From an uncultured delta proteobacterium (GTDB taxonomy: Bacteria; Myxococcota_A; Polyangia; Polyangiales; Polyangiaceae): a stretch of 64,000 bases of DNA. The stretch lies in the NCBI GenBank assembly GCA_963841435.1, contig CAWJCS010000005.1, positions 96,001-160,000 on the forward strand, in the 5' to 3' direction. Both the position numbers and the translations under genes were made by a program. This document shows positions 30,129 to 43,972 of the stretch, piece by piece. Below the pieces are notes generated by a model. It was not told where the DNA came from. It saw only the letters and a list, made by a program, of their open reading frames with translations, and searched no databases. Within the stretch, counting starts at the first letter, position 1. Each line of letters begins with the position of its first letter.

Positions 30129-31901
30129 ATGAGCACATACCTAGGAGTGAGGCGGTTGCTTCCGCCCCTCGTGGTGCTCGCGGCGACGGTCGGGTGCACT
30201 GCGACGATCTCGGGCAACGGCGCCGGAGACGGCGATGGCAACACCGGCAGCGGCGCGGGCCCGAGTGGATCGGGCGGATCCAGCGCCGGTTCGTCCGGCA
30301 CGGGCGGCAGCGTGGCGACCGGTGGGAGCGGGGGCACGGGCGGCGCCACTGGCGGCAGCACGGCCAGCGGAGGCACCGGCGGCGGCGTTCCGTCGGAGGT
30401 GCCGGAAGTCAGCATGGATGGCGCGCCCATCTACAGTCGGCTGCTGCGCCTGACCAACGATCAATACGGCCACAGCGTCGACGACCTCCTCAAGGTCGCA
30501 GCGCCTACGGGGCTCGCTGACGGCTTCTTGCATTCGGTGTCCGGCACCACGGACTTCGACAACAACGAGCGCGTCGTATTCGTGAACAGCACTGCGTGGA
30601 GTGATTTCCAACTCGCCGCCGAGAGCGCCGCTTCGCTGGTCACGGCAACGGACGCGGACCTGCAGCGCGTCGCCGCGACGACCGACGGCACGACGTTCAT
30701 CAAGACGTTCGGTCGCCGCGCCTTCCGCCGTGACCTAACCGACGCCGAGGTGGCGACCTACAAGGCGCTCTTCGACACGGGCCCGACGTACACCGGCACC
30801 CAGAGCGACTTCACCAAGGGCGCCGGGCTCGTGATCACGGCGATGCTTCAGTCGCCGAACTTCCTCTACCGCATGGAGATGGGCGACCCGGGCACGCCGC
30901 TCACTGGCTACGAGATGGCGGCCAAGCTCTCGCTCTGGATTCGCGACACGACGCCCACCGACCAGATGCTCGACACCGCCAAGAGCGGAGGCTTCGACAC
31001 GCCCGACGCGGCGGCGAGCCAAGCCGCCCAGATGCTCGACGAGCCGGCGGCCATGGCCACCATGCGGAAGTTCCACGGCGAACTCTACAAGATCGAGGTC
31101 CTGGACACGATCACGAAGACGGGCGTCCAGGGCTACAGCGACGCGCTCATCCCCGAGTTCAAGGAAGCCTCCTACCAGTACTTCGATCGCATCTTCTCGC
31201 AGAACCTCGGGATCGCCGACATGCTCACGTCGACCGTGGGCTTTGCCGGCCCACTGATGGCAGCGGTGTACGGCGTCACCTTGACGGGCAGCGGGATCCA
31301 GCAGGTCAACCTGCCGGATCGCGCAGGCTTCTACTCGCAGGCGCCGTTCCTCACGCTCTGGGCCATCAACAACGCGCCGGATTCGATTCACCGAGGCGTG
31401 CGCATCAACCTCGACACGCTGTGCCGCGATCCCGGCCTCCCCAACGCCGTGCTTCCGTCCGTCCCGGCGCTCGAGCCCGGTCAAACCAACCGCCAACGCT
31501 ACGACGCCCTCACCAAGGAGTGCGGCGCCTCCTGCCACGGACAGATCATCAACCCCGTCGGGTTCGCGTTCGAAAACTTCGACGGGCTCGGTCGCTACCG
31601 CGACACGGACAACGGGCAGCCCGTTGACTCGACCGGAACCTACACGTTCGTCGAGGGCACGCTCGACTACTCGGGCTCCACGGAGCTCATGCAGCTCATC
31701 GCGAGCGGCGTTCAGGCACACCAATGCTACGCAAAGAAAGTCGCAAGCTACGCCATGGAGCGTGACATCGTCGCAACCGAGCGGCCGCTCATCGAGTCGC
31801 TCGGACAAACGAGCCTAACTACGGGCGCGTCGCTCAAGGAGCTGATGGTGGCTCTCGTCAAGAACGATGCGTTCCGTACGCACGTCGGAGGTGCCCCGTG
31901 A
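30129..31901 (+). CDS. DUF1592-family lipoprotein (pair 3) with CxxxCH
   Basis: Lipobox TVGC; Gly tether; RLTNDQY, FGRRAFRR, LQSPNFLYR, SIHRG, CGASCH and GFAFENFDGLG. Start could be 30114 or 30129. Confidence 0.88.
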   Translation: MSTYLGVRRLLPPLVVLAATVGCTATISGNGAGDGDGNTGSGAGPSGSGGSSAGSSGTGGSVATGGSGGTGGATGGSTASGGTGGGVPSEVPEVSMDGAPIYSRLLRLTNDQYGHSVDDLLKVAAPTGLADGFLHSVSGTTDFDNNERVVFVNSTAWSDFQLAAESAASLVTATDADLQRVAATTDGTTFIKTFGRRAFRRDLTDAEVATYKALFDTGPTYTGTQSDFTKGAGLVITAMLQSPNFLYRMEMGDPGTPLTGYEMAAKLSLWIRDTTPTDQMLDTAKSGGFDTPDAAASQAAQMLDEPAAMATMRKFHGELYKIEVLDTITKTGVQGYSDALIPEFKEASYQYFDRIFSQNLGIADMLTSTVGFAGPLMAAVYGVTLTGSGIQQVNLPDRAGFYSQAPFLTLWAINNAPDSIHRGVRINLDTLCRDPGLPNAVLPSVPALEPGQTNRQRYDALTKECGASCHGQIINPVGFAFENFDGLGRYRDTDNGQPVDSTGTYTFVEGTLDYSGSTELMQLIASGVQAHQCYAKKVASYAMERDIVATERPLIESLGQTSLTTGASLKELMVALVKNDAFRTHVGGAP

Positions 31902-33358
31902 CCGACCGCATCAAAGCCAGGCGCCACGTCGTCAACCGCCGCGCGTTCCTTTACGGCGCGGGCGGGGTCGCGCTGGGTCTTCCGTTCCTCGAAGGCCTGC
32001 CCGAGCGGTCCGCCTGGGCAGCAGGCTCGGAGCCCGTGTTCACCTTCTTCCTGTGCGCAGCGTGCGGCGTGGAGCCGAAGCACTTCTGGCCCACGGGCAC
32101 GGGCGCCCTCAGCGGCCTGCTTTCGTCGGGCAAGGCCGTCGACAAGCTCGCTGAGTTCGCGGCAAACCTGCTCATCGTCAAGAACGTGGACTTCCCGCTG
32201 ACCGGGCCGACGGGCTGCGGGCACGCCCAGGGGCTCGCGCAAGCGCTCACGGCGAAGACACCTACGGGCAGCGGCGGCCAGGCGACCGCGTCGGGGCCCT
32301 CCGCCGACTGGGTCATCTCCAAGGCGGTGAACCCTGCGGGCGTGGACCCGATGGCCCTTTACGGCGGCAACTTGAGGAACGGCTACATCGCCGATCGGTT
32401 GTCCTTCAACGACAGCGGGCAGGTTCGCGCCTCCGTCGACAATCCCTACAAGCTCTACCAGACGCTCACGGGTCTCGCGGCGCCAGCGGGCAGCGGCACG
32501 GGTGGTACGGGTGGCACCGGCGGCACGGGCACCGGGGGCACCGGCGGCACGACGAATCCGATGGCGGAGGAGCTCATCAGGAAGCGCAAGAGCGTGAACG
32601 ACCTCGTGCGCGCCGAGCTGAGCTCGCTACTGCAAAATCCCAAGCTCAGCGCGGACGACAGGCAGCGCGTGCAGCAGCACTTCGACTCCATTCGCGACGC
32701 CGAAACGACGATGACGACGATGGGCACGGACATGGCCGCCCTCGGCTGCACGATGGACGGCATCGATACGACCGTCTACAACGCGCTCCAGAACTGGAAG
32801 TACAACCCGACCAACGTCGCGAGCGGCGGCATCGAGAACATCGTCGAGCTGCACATGAAGCTCGTGGCGCTCGCCTTCGCGTGCAACCACAACCGCACCG
32901 GCACGCTGCAGTGGGGCGACGGCACGGACCACACCGTCTACCAGGTGCCCTCCAACCAGTCGCTCGGTAACTGGAACTTCCACTTCATCAGCCACCGCAC
33001 CCAGTCGGACGGGTCCGTCGGGCAAAACTCCACGGCCGAGGCCGCGCACGCGGAAATCGACGACCTCAGGATGCAGACGCTCGCGAACGGCCTCAAGGCG
33101 TTCCAGGATCGTGGTCTGCAGAACAATACCGTCGTCGTGTGGACGAACCACGTCGCGGAAGGTAACCACACGATGAGGAACGTCCCGTTCATCCTGTGGG
33201 GCAACGGTGGCGGCTACATCAAGCAGGGCGAGCTCGTCGATGCCGCGCACTCGAACAACGGCACGCTTCTGAACGTCGTCATCAGCGCCGCGACGGGCAC
33301 GCCGACGACGAACTTCGGCTCGAGCGGCGGCAAAGACCTCGCCGCCATCAAGGCGTAG
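31898..33358 (+). CDS. DUF1552 protein, Tat-exported (pair 3)
   Basis: NRRAFLYGAGG..LPFLE; CGHAQG, QHFDSIRDAE and FHFISH; GTGA coupling. Confidence 0.88.
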   Translation: MTDRIKARRHVVNRRAFLYGAGGVALGLPFLEGLPERSAWAAGSEPVFTFFLCAACGVEPKHFWPTGTGALSGLLSSGKAVDKLAEFAANLLIVKNVDFPLTGPTGCGHAQGLAQALTAKTPTGSGGQATASGPSADWVISKAVNPAGVDPMALYGGNLRNGYIADRLSFNDSGQVRASVDNPYKLYQTLTGLAAPAGSGTGGTGGTGGTGTGGTGGTTNPMAEELIRKRKSVNDLVRAELSSLLQNPKLSADDRQRVQQHFDSIRDAETTMTTMGTDMAALGCTMDGIDTTVYNALQNWKYNPTNVASGGIENIVELHMKLVALAFACNHNRTGTLQWGDGTDHTVYQVPSNQSLGNWNFHFISHRTQSDGSVGQNSTAEAAHAEIDDLRMQTLANGLKAFQDRGLQNNTVVVWTNHVAEGNHTMRNVPFILWGNGGGYIKQGELVDAAHSNNGTLLNVVISAATGTPTTNFGSSGGKDLAAIKA

Positions 33359-33454
33359 CGAGCGCCACGCGCATTGCGCGGGGTTTCTCGCCCACCTTGG
33401 AGCGAGCATCGGCGGCATTGCACGTCGGTCGCAACGACGGCACGCAGGTTTCGC

Positions 33455-34458
33455 TCAGGTGAAGCCTTCCGTGTCGATCTCGGCGCTCGTCGTGAGCGGA
33501 TAGCGAGCGCCGGTCACGGTGCGCTCGTTGATCAGAGCGTCCAGGCGCGCTGTCTTATCGGCCGTGAGCGACACGCCGACCGCACCCAGGTTCTCGGCGA
33601 GGTGCTCGACGCTCGTCGTGCCGGGGATGGGGATCACGTGCTCGCCGCGGCGGAGCAGCCAGGCGAGCGCGAGCTGGGACGGCGTGCAGCCGACCTCGCG
33701 CGCGACCGAGTCGAGCGCACCGAGGAGCCTCAGGTTCTTCGCGTAGCTCTCGGGTAGGAAGCGCGGCATCTGGCGGCGAATGTCATGCTCGTCGAAGGCG
33801 CTCACGTCGCGCAGGGCGCCCGTGAGAAAGCCGCGGCCGAGCGGGCTGAAGGCAACGAACGCGACGCCGAGCTCGCGGCATGCATCGAGGGCGCCGAGCT
33901 CCGGATTGCGCGTAAAGAGCGAGTACTCGCTCTGGAGCGCCGCGATCGGGTGGGTGACGCACGCGCGCCGCAACGTCGCCGCCGATACCTCCGACAGGCC
34001 GAGCGCGCGGACCTTGCCCTCCGCGACGAGGCGCGACATTTCACCGACCGAGTCCTCGACGGGGATCGCGTTTTTGAGATCGATGCGATGCAGGTAGTAA
34101 AGGTCGATGACCTCAGTGTGGAGGCGCACGAGGCTGTCCTCGCAATTCTTGCGGATGGCCTCGGGGCGACCGTCGATCACCCGCTTCATGCCGCCCGCTT
34201 GCTCGACGCCGGCCATACCGCCCTTCGTGGCGAGCACGACGCCGCCGCGGTGAGCCTTCAGCACGCGACCGACGAGCTGCTCGTTGGCGCCGAAGCCGTA
34301 GAGCGCGGCCGTGTCGAACAGCGTGACGCCGCGCTCGAGAGCCTCGACGATGACGCGCTCGGCGACGTTCGCTGGGGGAGGAACGCCGTAGGCGTGACTC
34401 AGGCCCATGCAGCCGAGGCCGAGCTCGGCGACGGCGAAGGGGCCGACGTTTCGCGTCT

Positions 34459-34462
<4 letters not shown>
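33455..34462 (-). CDS. Aldo/keto reductase (AKR13-like)
   Basis: GLGCMG, FDTAALYG, ATK, IDLYYLHR, GLSE, QSEYS, FSPLGRG and PIPGT. Confidence 0.92.
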
Positions 34463-36708
<2,246 letters not shown>

Positions 36709-36709
<1 letters not shown>

Positions 36710-37626
36710 CAGAGCTCCTCGGGCCAGTAGAGGCGCAGGGGATTCTCGACGAGCAGGCGTTGCCTGAGCACGTCGGTCACGGCGATCCGCGGAATGAAGT
36801 CGACGAGGAGGCCGTCGTCCGGCATGTGGTCCTTGAGGTTCGGGTGCGGCCAGTCGGTGCCAAAGAGCACGCGATCGGGGAACGTTTCGACCACGCGCCG
36901 CGCGAACGGCACCACGTCCCGGTAGGCGTTGCGCTCGCCGTCGAGCGCCGGGGGGCCGTTCAACGAAAGGCGCTCGGGGCAGCTCACCTTGCTCCAGACG
37001 TTGTCGTGCCGGCGCATGAGATCGAGGAACAGGCCGAATTCCGGGCCCTCCACGGGTTTTCCGACGTCGGGCCTGCCCATGTGGTCGACGACGACCGTGG
37101 TCGGGAGCGCGCCGACGAAGTCCCAGAGCTCGGGCAGGTCCTGGGCCTCGAAGTAGACGACGACGTGCCAGCCGAGCTCGCGGACGCGCCCGGCGATCTC
37201 CGAGAGCTCGTCCTTGGGCGTCACGTCGACGAGGCGCTTGATGAAGTTGAAGCGCACGCCACGCACGCCGGCGTCGTGCAAATCCAAAAGCTCGCGATCG
37301 CTCATGCCACGCCGAACGGTCGCGACACCGCGGGCCCGCCCCTGGCTCGATCGACAGGCGTCGGCCATCGCACGGTTGTCGGCGCCGTGGCAGGTCGCCT
37401 GCACGACGACGTTGCGGGAAAACCCGAGGTGGTCGCGTAGCGCATAGAGCTTCGCCTTGCCCGCGTCGCACGGCGTGTACTTTCGCTCGGGGGCGTAGGG
37501 AAACTCGTCGCCCGGCCCGAAGACGTGACAGTGCGCGTCCACGGCCCCGGGCGGGAGCGCGAACGTGGGTTTGTTCGGGTGCTCGCAGAAGTCGAGCCAA
37601 CCGGGAGTCTTTTCGAAGCGCGGCAC
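36709..37626 (-). CDS. ligI: 2-pyrone-4,6-dicarboxylate hydrolase
   Basis: DAHCHVFGP, VVQATCHG, GVRFNF, DHMGRP and GTDWPHP. Confidence 0.95.
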
Positions 37627-37630
37627 GGCT

Positions 37631-38536
37631 CTACCTCGTCGTGCCCTTCAGGTGGATGAGGAGGCGATCGGCCTCGGTGCGAAAGTCCGGGCTGCGTGCG
37701 AAACCGTCGCTCCCTCGCTCGCCGAAGAGACCTCGCTCGGCGAGGTCGGCGATGAAACGCTGCCGCTCGGCCGCGCCCACGGCGCTCCAGGGCTCGAGCC
37801 CGGCGTCGCGCACGGTGACGGCCGCCTCCTGCATCTCCTCGCTCCGGCGAGCGCCGTGCTCGATGACGCGCTGGAAGAAGTAGGCCGCCTGTTTCTCCCA
37901 GTCGATGCCGGGAAACGTCTCGTGCAAGGACGCGATCACCGCCAGCTCGACACCGTAGTGGCGCGCGGCGGTGAAGCTTTCGATGAGGATCGCTTCGAGC
38001 CCCTTGATCATCACGCTGCGGCACATCTTCGTGGCGCTGGCGACGCCCAGCGTGCTGCTCGCGACCTTCGGCGCGAAGCCGAGTCCGCGGAGCACGGGCT
38101 CGAGCGCTGCCGCGTCGGGACCACCGAGGAAAAGCGGCACCTTGCTGCGGTAGGGCGGCACGGACGTCATGACGGCACCCTCGACGTAGCGAGCACCGCC
38201 GGCCGTCACCGGCTCCGCAGCCGTGATCTTGGCAGCGGGTGACGCGGAATTGAGGTCGAGAAAGAAGCTTCCTGCCGGCAGCTCCCCAGCGCACGCCCGC
38301 GCCGCCGCCAACGTTTGGCTCGCCGTGACGGCCGACACGACGAGCCCGGCCTCGCGTACCGCGTCGGCGTGCGACTCGGCGAGCCTGACGCCGTACGCGT
38401 CCGCATGGGCTCGGAGCGCCTCTCGGGCACCGGACCGGAGCTTGAGATCGAAGGCCGTCACCCGATGGCCCGCGGCGCCGAGATCCTCGGCGAGAATGCG
38501 CCCAACCTCGCCGTAGCCGATCAACGCGACGTTCAC
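37631..38536 (-). CDS. NAD(P)-dependent oxidoreductase (6PGD/3-HIBADH-like, DUF1932 C-terminus)
   Basis: IGYGEVG, DLNSASP, YVEGAVM, KMCRSVMIKGLEA and HGARRSEEM. Confidence 0.85.
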   Translation of the reverse strand: MNVALIGYGEVGRILAEDLGAAGHRVTAFDLKLRSGAREALRAHADAYGVRLAESHADAVREAGLVVSAVTASQTLAAARACAGELPAGSFFLDLNSASPAAKITAAEPVTAGGARYVEGAVMTSVPPYRSKVPLFLGGPDAAALEPVLRGLGFAPKVASSTLGVASATKMCRSVMIKGLEAILIESFTAARHYGVELAVIASLHETFPGIDWEKQAAYFFQRVIEHGARRSEEMQEAAVTVRDAGLEPWSAVGAAERQRFIADLAERGLFGERGSDGFARSPDFRTEADRLLIHLKGTTR

Positions 38537-38621
38537 GCGGGCGCCCTTCGAAGCGGAGGGACGCGCGGCGAGCTCGAGGCGAGACCGCTCGGATAGCGAC
38601 GGTGGCTCCGGATCGCGCTCA

Positions 38622-39305
38622 TCAGTCGATGTAGCGGAGCCCCGCCCGAGCGAGCGTGTCGCGCATTTCGTACATGTCGAGGCCGAGCACGCCAGAGGCC
38701 AGAATTTCGCGCTTCCTTCGCTCGTTCTGGGCTCGCTTCGTGGCGGCTTCGAGCGTTGCGGCCGCCATCGCGCGAGGCACGCAGACGACGCCGTCGTCAT
38801 CGGCCACGATCACGTCACCCGGGTGCACGAGAGCGCCGGCACAGACCACGGGAACGTTGACGGAGCCGAGCGTTGCCTTGACCGTGCCCTTGGGGCTCAC
38901 GGCCCGACTCCAGACCGGGAACTCCATCTCGGCGAGATCCTTCACGTCGCGGCAGCCGCCGTCGATGACGAGCGCGCGGGCACCACGCGCCTTGAACGAG
39001 GTCGCGAGCAGATCTCCGAAAAAGCCGTCGGTGCTCTCCGTCGTGACCGCGGCGACGACGATGTCGCCCGGCTCGAGCCGTTCGGCAGCCACGTGCAACA
39101 TCCAGTTGTCACCCGGCTGCAAGAGCACGGTGATCGCCGTTCCGCCCACGCGCGCCCCTGGGAAGATCGGCCGCAGGTAGGGCTTCATCACGCCGACGCG
39201 GCCCAGCGCCTCGTGAACGGTGGCGCTGCCGAAGGCAGCGAGCGCGTTGACGAGCCGGAGCTCCGTTCGCTCGATGTTTCGATACACGACTCCGAGCTCG
39301 TACAT
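38622..39305 (-). CDS. ligK: 4-carboxy-4-hydroxy-2-oxoadipate aldolase/oxaloacetate decarboxylase
   Basis: [26 protein letters not shown] and ADDDGVV. Confidence 0.95.
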   Translation of the reverse strand: MYELGVVYRNIERTELRLVNALAAFGSATVHEALGRVGVMKPYLRPIFPGARVGGTAITVLLQPGDNWMLHVAAERLEPGDIVVAAVTTESTDGFFGDLLATSFKARGARALVIDGGCRDVKDLAEMEFPVWSRAVSPKGTVKATLGSVNVPVVCAGALVHPGDVIVADDDGVVCVPRAMAAATLEAATKRAQNERRKREILASGVLGLDMYEMRDTLARAGLRYID

Positions 39306-39307
39306 GG

Positions 39308-41586
<2,279 letters not shown>

Positions 41587-42273
41587 TCATGCGGGGTCCA
41601 TGCCGTGGTGTCGCTTCGCGTCGCTGGTCGCTTCCGAGGCCATGAAGGCGACGAATGCCCCGGCCGGGTCCGGTTGGCGTGAGCGCGCGCCGAGCGCTGC
41701 CGAGAAGGTCGTGACGATCTCCATCGCTTTGGGCAAGGGACCGACGATGTCGATGCCCTCGACGTGCATCAGCTCGGACAGCTGCTGGAAGCCGAGCTCC
41801 ACCTCGCCGCGCGCGACCAATTCCCCCACGGGCACGCCGGGGGGCGCCACGATGATGCGCTCGCGCAAGCGTTCGGTGACGCCCCAGCGCGCGAACGCCT
41901 CGGCGAGCTGCACGCCGCTCGGGCCGGTGGAATGGCCGATCGTGCGCGCGGCGAGCACGGTGCGTTCGAGGGCCTCTTCGGTGTCGATCGCGGGCCGCGG
42001 CGCGCCGGCGCGGACGGCGACGGCAACCCCCGAATGCGCGAGCGCAACCTCTGGTCCCGTGAGATGGCCGGCGGCGAGCAGCTTCTCGATGGCATCGCGG
42101 GCGAGCACCACGACGTCGAAGACCTCTCCGTCTTCGATGCGCTTTTTGGCGTCGACGCCGCCCACCGATTGGATGGACACCTCGCATCCCGAGCGCGCCT
42201 CGAAAGCGCGGGCCAGCTCGCCAAGCAGGGCCTTGGTGGCCATCGACGAAACCACGGAGATCGGTTCACTCAT
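41587..42273 (-). CDS. ModA-fold substrate-binding-domain protein lacking a signal peptide
   Basis: SSMAT, GE.FDVVVL, STGPSG, VARGEVELGFQQLSEL and GPLP; no hydrophobic N-terminus; no ABC permease nearby. Confidence 0.8.
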   Translation of the reverse strand: MSEPISVVSSMATKALLGELARAFEARSGCEVSIQSVGGVDAKKRIEDGEVFDVVVLARDAIEKLLAAGHLTGPEVALAHSGVAVAVRAGAPRPAIDTEEALERTVLAARTIGHSTGPSGVQLAEAFARWGVTERLRERIIVAPPGVPVGELVARGEVELGFQQLSELMHVEGIDIVGPLPKAMEIVTTFSAALGARSRQPDPAGAFVAFMASEATSDAKRHHGMDPA

Positions 42274-42323
42274 GTCGCTCGGGGCGTCCGCCCTCGAGTG
42301 GAACGCTCGCTAGTATGCGCCTG

Positions 42324-42342
42324 TGTTCGAGCAGATCGAGCA
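42324..42342. promoter_or_regulatory. Inverted repeat upstream of the pob/lig operon (IclR-like operator candidate)
   Basis: TGTTCGA-gcaga-TCGAGCA, next to a minus-strand CATACT -10-like hexamer. Confidence 0.4.
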
Positions 42343-42534
42343 AAACCGCGACCACGCGACGGGTACGTGAAATTACCTACGCGCGACTCGTATCCTCTCA
42401 GCGCTCTTTCGACGTGCACTCGAGCGAGCTCGTGTGCGTGCCGTCTCGTGAACGAAGCGAAAAGCGTTCGGTGAAACAACGTCCCTCCCCTGGCCGCGAG
42501 CCGCGAAGCGACGCGCGTGTCATAGTGCGGCGCC

Positions 42535-43167
42535 GTGAGGCGTTTCGTCGTGCTCGCTCTCGCGATCGTGCTTTCCGGCTGCGGCAGCGGCATCGGGCGA
42601 CCGCTGCGTTCCGACCGGGGTGCCGCTGACGCCGCGAACGGCGGCTCGGGGGGTGACGGGGCCGGCCTCGGAGGATTGTCGGGCTTCGGAGGGCTCGGCG
42701 GCGGCGGCACGGCGGGCGCTGGCAGCGACGTGCCGCCAGGCGACGAATGTTCCTCCGTCGCCGACTGGCCCGAGGACGCGCGCGCCCAGGAGGAGTGGAC
42801 GCTCACGATCGTCAACGGTTTGCGCCAGGCGGGTCTCGACTGCTCGGGCGACCGGGGTGCGAGCTCGGCGCCCGCCCCCATGGACCCGGAGCTGCGCTGC
42901 GCCGCGCGGCTGCACGCGCGCGACATGGCCGAAAATGGCTATTTTTCACACGTGGACCTCGCGGGCGACGGCCCGGAGGAGCGCATCGCGCGTGCAGGGC
43001 AGGCGTTTGGCGTCGCCGGGGAAGCCATCGGGCAAACCGATTCCGGGCTGCCCGTCTTCGTGCCCGCCGACGACGCGGACTGCGCGGCGCTGCTCGACGG
43101 GCGTTTCGACGCGGTCGGCGTCGGCGTGTTCGACGCGATGACCACCGTCGACCTCACGGGCCCCTAG
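42535..43167 (+). CDS. CAP (SCP) domain lipoprotein
   Basis: Lipobox LSGC; VNGLR, LRCAARLHARDMA..YFSH and VGVG. Confidence 0.85.
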   Translation: MRRFVVLALAIVLSGCGSGIGRPLRSDRGAADAANGGSGGDGAGLGGLSGFGGLGGGGTAGAGSDVPPGDECSSVADWPEDARAQEEWTLTIVNGLRQAGLDCSGDRGASSAPAPMDPELRCAARLHARDMAENGYFSHVDLAGDGPEERIARAGQAFGVAGEAIGQTDSGLPVFVPADDADCAALLDGRFDAVGVGVFDAMTTVDLTGP

Positions 43168-43200
43168 CCGAAAGGGGCTGCGAGGACCGGCGACGAAACG

Positions 43201-43231
43201 GCGTGAGCCCTGGCGGGGGCGTTCGGGCACT
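43201..43231 (+). promoter_or_regulatory. Candidate ECF promoter, class II copy 1
   Basis: GCGTGAGCC-N13-TCGG-GCACT upstream of the ECF at 43315. Confidence 0.55.
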
Positions 43232-43314
43232 CTCTTCTGGGCCGTCGAGCGGCCCCTTTCGCGAACGCGCCGCCCAGCGACGGTCATCGCGAAAAACCTC
43301 GTAAAAGCGTGAGC

Positions 43315-43972
43315 ATGGAGCCTTCCCCGTTTTCCAAGAGCGCTCCGCACGACGGTGGCCCGGCGCCGGAAGCCAAGGTCGTGCGGCTGCCGCTGCCGGA
43401 GACGGACGCGGCGCTCGTCACGGCGGTTCTCGCCGAGCGGCCCGGCGCCCCAGGGCGGTTCTTCGAACGCTTCAGCGACGACGTTCGAACGCATCCTCTG
43501 GCGCGTCCTCGGACCGGACCCCGAAATCCCGGATCTCTTGCACGACGTGTTCCTCGTTGGACTGACGACGCTCGCGCGGCTCAGAAACCCGGACGCCGTG
43601 CGTAGCTGGCTCGTGGGCATCGCAGTCCACAAAGCCAAAAAACAGATCCGCGATCGCCGGCGCGCACGCCGGCTGGAAAGTACGGCGCCTTCGGACCTTC
43701 CGGAGCGGACGGCGCCGAGCACACCCCCGGAGGCGAGCGACGCGCTCCGGGCGACCTACCGCGTGCTCGGCCAGCTCCCCGTCGACGAGCGCATTGCGTT
43801 CGCGCTCAGGCACATCGACGGCATGGAGCTCACCGAGCTCGCGGTCGCGGTCGGGGCGTCGCTCGCAACCGTCAAGCGTCGCCTGCGGCGCGCGCACGAC
43901 GGGTTCGTCACGCTCGCCCACGACGAAGGCGCGCTCGAAGGCTGGCTCGACGAAAGGACGTTCCGCCGATGA
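43315..43972 (+). CDS. ECF sigma factor; apparent frameshift ~43485
   Basis: DAALV..; DDV|ERILWRVLG after removing one T; DLLHDVF, WL.GIA and SLATVKRRL. Confidence 0.88.

Noticed and set aside
41587-42273. Molybdate ABC transporter modA
   Set aside because: No signal peptide, no modB or modC, and it heads an aromatic catabolic operon.
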